Below are positions 16,563 to 36,169 of a stretch of DNA of 64,000 nucleotides, piece after piece. Both the position numbers and the translations under genes were made by a program. The notes under the pieces are model-generated. The model did no database searches. It was not told where the DNA came from and was given only the letters and a program-made list of their open reading frames with translations. How positions within the stretch are numbered: the stretch's first letter is position 1; every line of letters starts with the position of its first letter. Source of the stretch: the human T2T-CHM13v2.0 reference genome, Homo sapiens; assembly GCF_009914755.1 (NCBI RefSeq), contig NC_060934.1, one strand, 5' to 3'.

Positions 16563-17039
16563 TAGATAAAGACACCTCTCCATGAGTATCTATCATTTCT
16601 GTACATCTTGTGAGAAGATGCACTAACTCCCTTTGTTCTGGATGTTTATAGAGTAAACAGCCTTAGAAAATATAGCATCTCCTTAGAAAGCAAAGGCAGA
16701 TTTGCTTACTGTCCAATATAATAAAGTTAATGTAGACCTCCAGGAGAAAGGTTTTCTGCCCATTATAAAAGATGTGGTCCCCTAAGTTGAGAATACTTTT
16801 TCTCTAATGTACACAACTGTGTATGCAGGCATCACCTGGCTCTTTGCAGTACCCTATGGAAACTGGGGCTGTTTTCTAGCACAAATGCCGACACTCTGGC
16901 TACTACTATTGCCATGAGTAATGATGTCCTTTGTCTCTGACCCAGGAGTCTCATGTCTTCCAACAGAACCCATGAAATTGTGGTAGGCTAACTCATTAGT
17001 TAACAAGGATAAATCTCAGGACCATCATAATTTTCTATA
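16563..17039 (+). mobile_element. 5' LTR of the provirus (LTR40-like)
   Basis: Shares blocks with the 3' LTR (tttctgtac.t.ttgtgag; aaaggcag.tttg; gcacaaatgc..acactctg; gtcct.tgtctctg.ccag). Followed by TTGG, a degraded primer-binding-site position. Confidence 0.75.
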
Positions 17040-18146
17040 GTTTTGGCAATGAAAAAGAATGCTGATGGGGACAAAACTTTCTAGAAATGGAAGGAAAGAC
17101 CAGTTAGTAGAAATTGAGAAAAGTCCACGAGAATCATTAACCAACATGTTGTCCAAATTGTATGGTCAACCAGGCAATGAATGATCCTCCACTTTAGTGC
17201 CTGTGAATGAGGCTGAAATGAAGAGGAAGTTTCAGGATAAGTACCAGGAAGTAGGCAGATTCAAAGACAACAGCCTGAATGATGCCTTGGTTATTGTCAA
17301 CACTCCTGCAGATAGGAGGACTTCCTTATCAAGCTGACAGTCAGCCTCAGCAGGTCTGCTTCATGAAATCTTCCAGACTAAGATTTGTCTAGAAGAGGGA
17401 GACAGGGGCACATAAGGTTCTGTTTCCTTTGGACGACAGTTACAGAGACATACATCTACACTGAGTTTGAAAGTAAGAAAAGGTGCAACCATTGTAGGCA
17501 GAGCCAAACAAATCTTTAGAACTTTGGCTAGTTTGCTTGGAAGAGGAGGGGCATGTAGTTACATTGCTCAGGCATGTAATGGTTGTTAAAGAAGAATGGC
17601 ATTTTGCTGGCTATCTTAGTGCTCAGCTCCTACCGCAGTCTACCTTGTCAACATTAAATCCTTTCAAGATAACTGGAAAGGGCCTCAGCATTTTCTGGTG
17701 GTATAACCGTCCACTACAAGAAACCTTTGAAACTCTCAGGGAAATTTCCCTGAGACAAACTCCCTTGGACACCAACCAGTCTACAGACTCCTACTGTACT
17801 AGATTGGGTTTAAAATGCGGATCAAGGTAATTCACTGAAGAATCAGAAACTAGCTCAAAGAATCTAGATAATTCTTGCTGTCAGTCCTGCAGCCTTAGAA
17901 AACTCCAGTAGCCCTAGTATTGAAATCAAGCAAGAATTTAAGAGATATAATCTTGACATTATCTTAACAATGGAGCAGTAAAGAGCCTACATTAAGGCAG
18001 ACTTCTAAAAAATGATGCCATTGTGCAGATCAAGCCCGTCAGCCAAAGGGTATAAAACCCATTTCCCCCATCAGAAAGCAACAAAGCTATAGTTGTTCGA
18101 TCAAGGTGTTCCCAAACAGAAATGGATACCATCCATAATGATGACC

Positions 18147-18390
18147 TTTTGTGTGTGTGTAAGACAAGGTCTCGCTCTGTCACCCAGGCTGGAGTGCAGT
18201 GGAACAATCACGGCTCACTGCAATCTTCAAATTCTTGCACTCAAGCAATCCTCTGACCTCAGCCTCCTGAGCAGCTGGGATAACAGGTGTATCCCACCAT
18301 GCCAGGCTAATTTTTTAAATATAATATTTAGTAGAGACGAGGTCTCACGATGTTGCCCAGGCTGGTCTCGAACTCCTGGGCTCAAGCAAT
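18147..18390 (-). mobile_element. Partial AluJ inside the ERV
   Basis: Reverse Alu with a TG-rich tail. Confidence 0.85.
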
Positions 18391-20269
18391 AACGATCTTG
18401 CACAGAATACAGGGTTTTGGTAGCACCAAAATTACTGCAGGTTTATTGGACTGATCAGCACACAGCTATAGCACCACTCAAAACTGAAAGCAAATGTCTC
18501 TTGTTCACTGGTGCAAAGCTACTCTCTCCCAGCCTCCCTCATCCCTCAACCTCAGCTGCTTTATGAAGAAAGATGATTAGGAGTGGGGCCAAGTTCTCCA
18601 AGTTCCCAAAGGAGACTAAAGACCACACACACCTGGGTAGGCTACATAACTTTGGGGAGAGCACAGACTCAACATTTTATGGCTCTGTTGGATACAGGAG
18701 CCCAAGGCACCTTCATACCCATCCTGTGGAAGAATAAGTTACCAGCTTCCAACTGCTGAGGTCTGGGTAGGGTTCAAAGTAGGGAAGGGAAGCTACTGTG
18801 ACCTTTTGGGTGGGGCTCTTTGGACCATTCAATGTACTACTGTTTGTAGCTTCCACTTCTGAGTGTATAGTGGTATTGATATTTTACAGGCCTGAACTGT
18901 GAGGGCTCATAAGCTCCAGGGAGATTATGCTCACTGCGAATAGCCCATGTAGAAAGGCATTAGTAGGTTTGGGGCCCCACAATCCTTATGACCTGTTTGA
19001 GTACAAGTCTGTGCACAGATGACTTTCCTGACTAGACCCTCTGGCAAGAGGAACAACCTCTTCAGGTGACTCTTGGGTTTGGATTCAATGCCTCCCTGAC
19101 GTAGCTACTAGGTATGCCTCTTTTGAAAAGATTCCCATTTGGGAATGAGTCAACTCAAATGCAATGACTAATAAGGTGGGAAAGGCCCAACAAGCCTCTG
19201 TCATCACATGGAACTGGTAATATTCAAGAATGCAGCCAGTCTGGCCCCTAGGGCATCTCAGCTTTACATGAAAAAGCAGCAGCTTCTCCCTTTGAGAAAG
19301 TCTGATCTTACATTCTGCCACCTAAACCAAATCTGCTAGCTCAGTGAGGCCCTTGATTCACAGAGGTTCCCTAAATGCCTGGGCCTGTTTCACTGATGAT
19401 TCAACTAAGCTGAGACGCTGTGGTGCCTAGTGGGCTGTAAACTCCAGTGCCCATGATACAGAACTGAAAATGGGTGTGGTTGCTTTGTTCCACGGGCAAA
19501 ACTCAAGGACATTCTCACAGATCTGGCCAATATTCCCCTTGAAAACCTTGTTATATTTTTACTGACTATCAGGCTATTACCAACTGCCTAGGTATTTAGT
19601 CAGCCACTTGGAAAACTACAGAATGACATATTTAAGACTGTCCAAAAACCATGGAGATCAATTGTAGTTGCTGATCAAACCATCTGGGTCACTAATATAG
19701 ATGTTTACAGTAAGGGTCCATTGTCTGATGAGACCAATTATAATCAAGCCACTGATCAAGCTGCACGGTTAAGACTGCTACCACTGCTGCTGGATCCATC
19801 ATCATACCAGACACAGCAACATATCTATCATCATAGAGTGGATACAAAGTAAAAGACTCTATGTTCCTGATGCAGAGGCTGCCACCTCATCCTAGACTTA
19901 TGAGTCCTGGAAAAGGACTCATTTGTCTCATGGTGAGAGGAACCACATCACATGCTACTGGCAGATTGGTTGCATCAGACAACCTTCTTCAGGCTATCAG
20001 TGGGGTCTCACTGCTGATGACACTTTTCCAGGGTCTGGTACTGCTATTCCAGTTCAATCAGCTGACTCCAGCCACAGTACCGTGGTCCTTGACACTAATC
20101 TGTGTCCTATTTTTACTTTCCACATCATTTGCAATCTGACAATAGGTACACCTTTTATCACAAAAGTCACTCAACAATGAGCTGTTAGTCAAGGTAGGTG
20201 ACAGTCTACCATCCACAGCATCTTATATCGCTTAGTACTGCAACAGCCTTATCAAAAATCAGCTCAAAA

Positions 20270-21393
<1,124 letters not shown>

Positions 21394-23153
21394 AATCAAC
21401 TCAAAAGATTTCTGAGTATACCTCTGTCACCTCCTCCTGGTCTACACAGGAGTACAGCAGTTTGGTCACTGAATGTGGCTGTCTCCAGGAAGAGAACATC
21501 TCCTGGCCACTTGGGATTCCACCCTGACCATTCCTAAACATGATGCTTCTTTCTTTCCTCTAATGGAAATCCCAGGCTGGCTTGATTGGTCTACTCTCTG
21601 GGTGGCAACCCAGCCAAAAGGAGGTCTTTGGTATAAACTTAATTCAGGTTCAGCCACCTGGAATTGACGATCTGGATTTTCTTGCTGGATTTCTTTGGTC
21701 TTAAATAATAATGACCACTTAGTTAAGTACACTGCTTCCCCTAGAGTGGCTCATGTGGACAAAAGTAGGAGACATAAAAGGGTCTCTGTAAGTTTAATAA
21801 AAGGGCCCTTTGTCACTCTTGCACCTGGCCCTTCCAGACAAAAGGTCTGGGTTTGAGTCAGAGATGACTGGAAAAAAGGTAAAGCTAGCTACTGGAATGG
21901 GACACACTGATTTTGTGGCAGTCAAAGGGGTACAACAACCCTGTCTGGCACCTGTGGGGAAAACACCTTAGATGCGGGGAAGTAAGGAAAAAGGGGGGAC
22001 ATTAGTGATCCGTCTTTTAGAATCATCCCTCACAAAGGACATTTCTCTGCAAATGTGCAAAACCTCAAATTTAACTGACAACTGGGTCTGCCCCTACCCC
22101 ACCACACAACTTTGATCACTACTCAATCATCATTCTCCTTAACTGCACAGTCTCTCAGAAGCAGCAGAGGATGGTCCAAGCTCCCAAATCTCCCACGTGA
22201 AACACCTGTCCATAACTTTAGGCATCTTTTCAAGGGACAGTCATTTCAAGGGACAGATGAATGCCATTGAGTTGGTGGCACAGATAATAAACAGGACAGA
22301 TTGGACTGACTGCCTTCAGGCCATCTCTCCACAAACCAGTACTAGAGAAGTATTCATACTGTACTTGGAACCCTAAGGCTTACCAGCCATCAGGGAGGCC
22401 ACATTGGAGAAACTGTCAGCCTGTGCCGTCTGACTTAAAAGTAGGTCCCACATAACTGGGGAGGTGGGGGGGAATGGGGGGAGCGGGGAGAAGTAGGACA
22501 ATATAAACAACACATTCTTTAGAGGCACACACAGTCCTTGGGAGTATTTCTTGTTTGGAAGTCGGGCATTGCCTCCCTTCAGAAAATGTGATGACTTGCA
22601 CACCAAGGGAAAAATCACTATAATGGGAGTCATCCAATTAGAAAACTTTATTTGAAATTTGTTCCCGACTTTAGCTGAAGCAATCAATGACATCACCTTG
22701 GGCCTAGAGGCATTCAGGACGGTCTAAAATCACTATCCAGGATTGTTACAGATAGAAGAATAGCCCTACGCTTCCTCTTTGTAGACCAAGGCCAAATCTG
22801 TGCTCTATATTCTGCAGTAACTAGATTAATGCCTTGGGCCAAGAGTAAAGTCAGCACAGAAACAAAGAGAAAGCCACCTGGCTCTCTTAGGTAGACCCTA
22901 AAGGTTTATTGCATTTGTTCTGTTGGCTGGGTCTTGGACCCTGGGGAGCATAATTGAAGTCAATATTGCAGTCTGGCCTCATCCTGCTATCCTGTTGACA
23001 GTAACTGTAATGAAATGTGTTATAAGAAAAACTGAATGGATCTGGTCCCAGCCTCTGTCGGTAAGATTAATCAGAGTGACAAATGAAGTTGCATAATCAT
23101 GGGAAAGAAATCTTACCAGAAGCCAAGAAGGTATAGAAATGAAGGGTGAATAC

Positions 23154-23992
23154 TGTTGGAAGGCAATTATACTTGAGTCTTTCATGTTTCTGTACCTGTT
23201 GTGAGTAGAGGGACTGACTCATTTTGTTCCATACCAACTTGCTACATATGTTTGTATTATATAAGGAATGGTCTTGAGGGATCAAGAAACAGTGTCTCCC
23301 TCAGGAGTAAAAGGCAGGTTTGTTTGCTGTCTAGTACAATAAAGATATCATCTCCAGTTGGGTGTGGTGGCTCATGCCTGTAATCCCAGCACTTTGGGAG
23401 GCCGAGTAGGGCAGATCACCTGAGGTCAGGAGTTAGAGACCAGCCTGGCCAACATGGTGAAATTCCGTCTTTACTAGAAATACAAAAATTAGCCGGGCAC
23501 GGTGGCACATGCCTGTAGTCTCAGTTACTTGCGGGGGTGCTGAGGCATGAGAATCGCTTGAACCCAGGAGATGGAGGTTGCAGTGAACCAAGATCAAGCC
23601 ACTGCACTCTAGCCTGGGCGACAGAGTCAGACTCTGTCTGGGAAAAAAAAAAAAAAGTCATCTCCCTCCAGGGTGAAGTTCAGGTAGGCTTACAAGGCTT
23701 ACTACCTATTATCAAAGTTTGGGTTCCCTAAACTGGTGGTCCCTCTCCTGTAACAGAGTGCAGTGCATTACAGGAGAGGCATCACCACATGCCATCACTC
23801 GGCCCCTTTCACCTTCCTCTGTGGAGCAGTGGGCTTGGCAAACTGGCACAAATGCTAACACTCTGCCTCCAGTTATTCTCATCAGTAATAAAGTCCTATG
23901 TCTCTGGTCCAGAAGTCTTCTGTCTTCTACCAGCATCTAGGAAAGATTTTAGCTTGCATGGAGGGCAAAATCTGACTCTTCACAATTCTTGA
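23154..23992 (+). mobile_element. 3' LTR of the provirus, split by an AluS (23358-23656)
   Basis: Starts TGTTGG after a purine-rich tract (agaaatgaagggtgaa). AATAAA at ~23887. Homologous to 16563-17039. Confidence 0.8.
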
Positions 23993-24136
23993 AAAAACTG
24001 TTTTTATAGTGAAACAATTCACATATTCTGACCACCCCCATCCCCAAGTAATTCTGAGGATTATCTGATACAATCATTGATTCATTGATGTTACAAAACG
24101 TAAAGAGCCCCATTTTTGTAGAATGCCTCTCTACAC

Positions 24137-24435
24137 TTTTTTTTTTTTTGACAGGGTCTTGCTCTGTCGCCTAGGCTGGAGTTCAGTGGTGCGATCTCGG
24201 CTCACTGCGCCCTCTGCCTCCCAGGTTCAAGCGATTCTCATGTCTCATGACTCCCGAGTAGCTGGGACTACAGGCATGTGCCCCCACACCCGGCTTATTT
24301 TTGTATGTTTTGTAGAGACGGGGCTTCACCATGTTGGCCAGGCTGGTCTCAAACTCCTGACTTGACTTCAAGTGATTTGCCCGCCTCGGCCTCCTAAAGT
24401 GCTGGGATTACAGGCATGAGCCACCATGCCCCGCC
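24137..24435 (-). mobile_element. AluS
   Basis: Reverse Alu, TSD-like ctctctacac on both sides. Confidence 0.9.
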
Positions 24436-25900
24436 TCTCTACACATCTTTTAAACTCCTCCCTTTTCTAATAGGTCCAGCACTAGTACAAATTTTAGCTC
24501 AGTTCTGCTCAGCACAGAATTAAGTTGAGGAATCCCTAACTCCATAGAAGGGAAAATATTGAGATTTCAATGGGAGTTGGAAAAGATGGACCAGTATTTA
24601 CCTAGGTTTGTTTCTAACTCTCCCGAACACTCATTCTCTGTCTCCTTTCTAAGGTCACGTTACAGACAGTGTCTCCCAGTTCATTTTCCTCTTTATGACC
24701 CCTCGGCAAACTCATCCACATTCAGGCTTAAATTACCATATATACACACAAACTTTTCTTTATCTATTCAAGAACCCTCCTCTAAGCTATAGGTTCGTGT
24801 ATAAAACTGACATTCTCTCAGATATTTCAATGGTACCTTAAAGTGAACGTGTTCAAAATCAAACACACAGGCTCCTCAATCCTATTTCAATGCTCCTACT
24901 TCAATTCTCTATTGGTTTATGTAAGTCAGACATCTAGCATTTACTTCATGTTTAATTTTACTAAATCCTGTCACATCTACCTTTAAATACCAGAAATCTG
25001 TTTCTAACACTTTAATCCTACTCAATCTACTATCATCTCTCACCTTGGCTATTGCAACAGTCTTCTAATTGGTCCACTTGTACCCAGTCTGGCCTTTTTC
25101 CAGTCTGCTCTCTATGGTGTAACCATGGAGATCTTTACAAAAGAAGTAAACTTGAGAAAACAAAATGAAAAATGTGTACATCTCACCTGTTTAAACCCTA
25201 TTAAAAGAGCATCCCACATGGTCCCCAGTCCTCAAGGGAAAAATTAATTCAAAATGTCTTGTTCTTTCCCTATTTTTCTCAAACATCATGGAATCCACAA
25301 CTCTCCTCCTTAAAATCATCCTTTTTTCACCCTTCCTACTTCACTCACACACTGCAGAATTATTCAGGACACGATTTCAAATTACTTGAAAAATTCTACT
25401 CTGGTCTACTCCCTCTCCATTCTCTCAATTCTGAATCATAGAAGTCCAAAACACAACATGTCCAGCAAAGCACAACCCTCCATATGGCAGGGTGAGCAAA
25501 AAAAAGGGAACAGGTTTGGAACATTTGTATAACAACAGCATGCATATGTTCACCAAGCGAGAGTTAGCTTTTTCAGCGAGACTAATTCTTTCTCATACTT
25601 GAATTTCCTTACTTTCATACATTTTTCTTCAACTTTACATAGCAAAAGCAGCAGTCTGACATTAAAAAACAATAAGCTTTTAGTCTTAATATATGAGAGT
25701 CAAAATCAGAGTAACCCCAGTTGAGAAGAACTAGATGGCCCAGGAGAGTACCCTATAGCAATCCTTAGACCCACTGGTTAAAAAAAAAAAAAAAGCGTGC
25801 AATCTTGAAATTAGAAAATTATGTTTGAATACTAACTCTTTTGCTTATTGGATATAACATTTTATGCAAGTTTTAATTAACTAAAATTTCATTTTGCTTA

Positions 25901-26255
25901 TGATAAGGTTTGGCTCTGTGTCCCCACCCAAATCTCATCTTGAATTGTACTCCCATAATTCTCACGTGTTGTGGGAGGGACATAGTGGGAGATAATTTTA
26001 ATCACGGGGTCGGTTTCCCTCATACTGTTCTCGTGGTAGTGAATAAGTCTCACGAGATCTGATGGTTTAATCAGGGGTTTCCACTTTTGCATCCTTCTCA
26101 TTTTCTCTTGCTGCCGTCGTGTAAGAAGGGCATTTTGCCTCCCGGCATGATTCTTAGGCCTCCCCAGCCATGTGGAACTATAAGCCCAACTGAACCTCTT
26201 TTTCTTCCCAGTTTCAGGTATGTCTTTATCAGCAATGTGAAAACGGACTAACACA
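25901..26255 (+). mobile_element. THE1 (MaLR) solo LTR
   Basis: Begins TGATAAGGTTTGGCTCTGTGTCCCCACCCAAATCTC and ends GGACTAACACA. Perfect 5-bp TSD GCTTA on both sides. Confidence 0.92.
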
Positions 26256-26546
26256 GCTTATATAAAATGGGAATAGCATATTAGAAACTCTAACATTGCT
26301 TGATACAAAAAAGTACTAAAAAATAATAAATCTGAATCTTATTTATCAAACTACCCAATCTACAACTCTGCAATTAAGATAAAGCATTTCTAAAATATTA
26401 ATATGAAAACATGAATGTAACACATTATGTATTTGAAATATGATGAATGTGATTTAGGTTCAAATCTCCAGTTTTGCCACTGGCAATACAATTTTTAAGA
26501 ACTCCTCAAAGCCAGTCTAATAAACATTAAGATACCAGCAGTTTGA

Positions 26547-26872
<326 letters not shown>

Positions 26873-27540
26873 TCAACTGATTCCAACGTAAACAAATGCT
26901 AAAATTCATTTGAGAAAAAAAAAAAAGTGGATCCTCATTTTCTTGGCAGGAACTTGTAGTCCCACTCCCTGTTATGTACAGAGGCAAAGGGAAGAGCTCT
27001 GGCCCCCTTGGCATGTCTTTGGAGCCATGCAGCTTCCCGTCTGCCAGTTCTATCCTCAAGCACCAGGACACCAGGGAAAAGGAAAAAGAAAAAAGAAAGT
27101 GGATCTTAGAGGTAGGGGTATCAAAAGTACTAACTAGAGAAAAGATAAAAACCCAAAGACAAGTTGTCAATAAATGAAGACCATGCTTGATGCATCAGCA
27201 CCTGAAGGAGAAGAGACAAAATCAAAATAGAATATACATGGAACAAATTTGGAAGTAACCAAAAAAATGAACATGTACAGGGGGAATCACCTTTTAAAGC
27301 ATGAATACATACACACATTTGAATTACATATGTTTTATATAATTCAAAGCTCACAAAATTCAAGACGTATAACAAATGATGGTGTTTCCGTTTCCTGACT
27401 AAACATCAAATGACAATAAAAGAAACTGTTTAATCCCCTTTTCAGTTTTGAAATTACGCAGTGGTTCACAAAATTTTTAATGTGAAGGAAATCTTCACAT
27501 TTTAAAAGGGATTTTCTGTATTTTATTAATATTTTATGTT

Positions 27541-28455
27541 TTTTTTAACTTTTAAGTTCAGGGGTACATATGTAAGATGTGTTAGTTTGTTGCATAAGTA
27601 AACATGTGTCATGGGTGTTTGTTGTACAGATTATTTCATCCCCCAGGTATTAAGCCTAGTATCCATTAGGTTTTTCCTGGTCCTCTCCCTCTTCCCACCT
27701 TTCACCCTCCAGTAGGCCCCAGTGTGCACTGTTCCCCTCTATGTGTCCATATGTTCTCATCATTTAGCTCCTACATATAAGTGAGAACATGCAGTATTTG
27801 GTTTTCTGTTCCTGCATTACTTTGCTAAGGATAATGGCCTCCAGCTCCATCCATGTCCCTGCAAAAGACATGATCTCATTCTTTTTTGATGGCTGCATAG
27901 TATTCCATGGTGTATACGTACCACACATTTTCTTTATCCAGTCTATCACTGATGGGACATTTAGATTGATTCCGTCTTTGCTATTGTGAATAGTGCTACA
28001 GTGAACATACATGTGCATGTGTCTTTATAACAGAATAATTTATATTCCTTTGGGTATACACCCAGTAATGGGATTGCTGGGTCAAATGGTATTTCTGTCT
28101 CTAGGTCTTTGAGGATTCACCACACTGTCTTCCACAATGGTTGAACTAATTTACATTCCCACCAGCAGTGTAAAAGCATTCCTTTTTCTCCACAACCTCG
28201 CCAGCATCTGTTATTTTTTTGAATTTTTAATAATAGCCATTCTGACTGGTATGAGATGGTAGCTCATTGTGGTTTTTATTTGCATTTCTTTAATGGTCAG
28301 TGATGTTGAATTTTTTTTCAAATGATTGTTGGCCGCACATGTATGTCTTCTGAGAAGTGTCTGTTCTCTGTTCAAGTCCTTTGCCCACTTTTTAATGGGG
28401 TTGTTTTTTTTTCTTTTAAGTTCCTTATAGAAGCTGGATATTAGACCTTTGTCAG
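27541..28455 (-). mobile_element. 5'-truncated older primate L1PA 3' end (~0.9 kb), fused directly 3' of the U6 copy
   Basis: ORF2 C-terminal remnants (ORF 27764..28018 ...EIMSFAGTWMELEAIILS...) and an L1PA 3'UTR ending in a T run on the + strand. Confidence 0.9.
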
Positions 28456-28562
28456 AAAAATGTGGAACACTTCATGAATTTGCATGTCATCCTTGCACAG
28501 GGGCCATGCTAATCCTCTCTGTATTGTTCCAATTTTAGTGTACGTGCTGCAGAAGTGACCAC
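28456..28562 (-). pseudogene. Full-length (107 nt) U6 snRNA processed pseudogene
   Basis: Reverse complement reads GTGGTCACTTCTGCAGCACGTACACTAAAATTGGAACAATACAGAGAGGATTAGCATGGCCCCTGTGCAAGGATGACATGCAAATTCATGAAGTGTTCCACATTTTT. About 12 substitutions from U6 by hand count, half of them CpG transitions. Confidence 0.95.
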
Positions 28563-28701
28563 TTATGTTGTATTTTTATCACATAAAATGAAACTGTACT
28601 GCAATGGGCTGGTAAAAATGACATAGTTCTAGTTAGTCCAATAAAAGCAAACAAGGCCTCTGAATTTGGGTAATGCAAGAGGCATAATACAGAGCTAATA
28701 C

Positions 28702-33266
<4,565 letters not shown>

Positions 33267-34186
33267 CTAAAATAAAAAAATTTATTTAACACAGTACTAG
33301 AAGTACTAGCAAGAGCCATCAAACAAGAAAAAGAAATAAACAGGCATTTAAATCAGAAAGGAAGTAGTAAAATTATCTCTATTTGCAAATGACATGTTCC
33401 TAAATACAGAAAACCCCAAAGATCCCACAGAAAAGATAAAAACACTGCTAGAACTAATGAATTCAGTAAAGTTAAAGAATACAAAATCAACATACAAAAA
33501 TCAGTAACATTTCTACACACAATAACCCAGATGAAAAGGAAATTAAGAAAACAATTCCATTTATGATAGCATCCAAAAAAAAATACTTAGGAGTAAATTT
33601 AACCGAGAAGGTTAAAGATTTGTACACTGAAAACTATAATACACTGATGAAAGAAACTGAAGACACAAATAAATGGACAGATATCCCATGTTCATAGATA
33701 GGAATAATTAATATTGTTAAAACAGCCATACTACCCAAAGCAATATACAGATTTAACCCAATCCCTATCAAAATTCTAATGGCATCCTCCACTGAAATAG
33801 AAAAAACAATCCTAAAATCCATACAGAGCCACAAAAATCCTAAATAACCAAGGCAATACGGAGAAACTCCAGCCTGGTGACAGAGTGAGACCCAGTCTCA
33901 AAAAATAAAATAAAAGAGCTCAAAAGCTTCGTAGGTCTAAGCTGCAATGAGCCATGATTGTGTCACTGCACTCCAGCCTGGGTGACGGAGTGAGACCCAG
34001 TCTCAAAAAATAAAATAAAAGAGCTCAAATACACAGAAATAGAGAATGAAACAGTGGTTACCATGGTTATTTTGGGGGGAAAGGAGAGGGAGCTGTGGGT
34101 CAAAAGATACAAAATAGCAGATATTCAGAATAAGTTTAGAGATCCATGTACAACACGAGGACTACAGTTAATAAAACTGTATTGTA

Positions 34187-34538
34187 CAGTCATGTGTCAC
34201 ATAACATTTTGGTCAACAATGGACCACATATATATCACACCACATAATAACAATAGTTCCATAAGATTATAATACTGTATTTTTATTGTACCTTTTCTAT
34301 GTTTAGACATGCTTGGATACACAAATACCACTGTGTTCCAATTGCCTACAGGACTGAGGACAGTAACATGCTGTACAGGTTTGTAGCCTAGGAGCAACAG
34401 GCTGTACCATAGGGCCTAGGTATACAGTAGGCTGTACTATCTAGGTTTGCGTAAGTACACTCTATGATGTTCACACAACAAAATGGCCTAGGAATACATT
34501 TCTCAGAACATTTCCTTGTCATTAAGCAAGCATGACTG
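34187..34538 (+). mobile_element. Tigger3a-like (MER7A) TcMar MITE
   Basis: TIRs CAGTCATG...CATGACTG with TA target sites. Confidence 0.8.
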
Positions 34539-34670
34539 TATTAAGGATTTTCATTAAATAAGTAGATTTTAGGTGCTCATCACTTAACAAAAGTAACTAT
34601 GTGAAATGACAGATGTGTTTATCTGCTTCACTATAGTAACTAATTTACTGTCTATATGTATTCCATAACA

Positions 34671-34994
34671 CAGCAGTCCCCTTTTTGGCACCAGGGACCG
34701 GTTTTGTGGAAGACAATTTTCCACGCACTGGGGAGACAGGCGAATGGTTTTGGGATTAAACTGTTCTACCTCAGATCATCAGGCATTAGATTCTCATAAG
34801 GAGCATGCAACTTAGGTCCCTTGGACATAAGGTTCACAATAGGGTTTGCGCTCCTGTGAGAATCTAATGCCACAGCTAATCTGACAGGAGGCAGTAATGT
34901 TCGCTGGCCCTCTGCTCACCTCCTGCTATGCAGCCCGGTTCCTGACAAGCCACGGACTAGTACAGGCCAGTAGCTCAGGGGTTGGGGACCCCTG
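34671..34994. mobile_element. MER1B-like hAT-Charlie MITE
   Basis: CAGCAGTCCCC...GGGGACCCCTG termini. 8-bp TSD CCATAACA/CCATAACG. Confidence 0.85.
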
Positions 34995-36169
34995 CCATAA
35001 CGTCATGTTGTAAACCTCAAATATACACAGTAAAATTTATTTTTTAAGTCTAAAGGAAAGTAATTTTTAGTCTAAAACTAAGGACAGTATAGCATAGTGA
35101 TAACAAGTAGATTCTAAAACCAGACTGCCTGGTTCAAATGATGCCATTTAATAGATGTATTATCCTGAACAAGTTGCCTAAGCTCTTTGTGTATCAATTT
35201 CTTCATCTGTAAAATGAGGTTGTTATAAGAATGAATTAATTCATAGGTGTTCATTTATGTAAAAAGCCTGGTATACAATATGCACTCTATAAGTGCTCTA
35301 GAAAGCACGACTAGGGATAGGAAGGGATTGCACTGAATTCCGCTTGTCATTGTAATCCCTTAGGTAGTATGTGACTGGTTTTTAATCACATTCACATATT
35401 ATCACAGGGAGGAAGGGAGGGAGTTGTAAAATGAAGTCCAAAGATAACAGCTTGGTACAGAAGAGTATCTATATGCCTTTAGCTCAAATGAGATAAGCAG
35501 AAACACAGAAAATGTAAAAATGAGGGAGAATCTCAGCAGACAGTCAAGAAGGAAGGCAAGGCATGGTAGGAAAAACCTGATCTGGCTGAATAGTGGGGTC
35601 AGAGCTGTAAACCAAGACATGCTGTTCAGATTAAAGAAAAAAAGCATGGCTTGTCGATATCAGAGTAGAACGGAATGTTCATATGAAGAAACTGAGTTTT
35701 AATCACAATTAACTGACTTTTCAAAGATGAGATTCACTGAGGGGTTTTGATTGACATTAAAAGCATTTTAAATTAAAGGATAATAGGAAAACAAAGTAAC
35801 AGACTTTATGTCTTGTTAAAGTCATTATTACCTTACTAATATAAGCAATGCCAACTAGAGCAATATGGCACATTAGATAACCTGAAATCTCTCCCACTAG
35901 AAACTACCTAAAAATGCTTGATTTAAAGATGCTATGAAAGCATCTTTTTAAAATTCACAGTCCAAAACTAAAGAGAGTAAAGAAAATCCAGGGAGACTAG
36001 GAAAAAGAGAGGACAAAAATTCAGAGCAGAAAACATGAACAAGGCTGCAGCTACTCTGTAGTAGCTTTTTGGCCTCTAGCAAAGGAGCTTGTACTTTTAT
36101 GCCACATGGGGACAAAATTAAAATACCCTTTGGGCTTGCTGAAGGTGGGAAGTTAGAACTGATATAGCA

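Larger units (their letters stand above)
33290..35045 (+). mobile_element. L1M(A)-type fragment (ORF2 piece joined to the 3'UTR) with a nested Alu end, Tigger3a and MER1B
   Basis: L1 ORF2 motifs (gtactagaagtactagcaagagc, ggagtaaatttaacc, ctacccaaagcaatatacagatt) and an L1 3' terminus at ~35040. Confidence 0.8.

Noticed and set aside
17040-17062. Primer-binding site possibly matching tRNA-Ser
   Set aside because: Only about half the positions match what I recall; too degraded to assign.
22000-23100. Possible domesticated env (syncytin-like) gene
   Set aside because: No ORF of 60 aa or more on the + strand in the track; stops and frameshifts throughout.
25898-26254. 118-aa minus-strand ORF
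   Set aside because: Coincides exactly with the THE1 LTR read antisense.
28456-28562. Functional U6 gene
   Set aside because: CpG-decayed, fused to L1, and no recognisable upstream PSE/TATA promoter.
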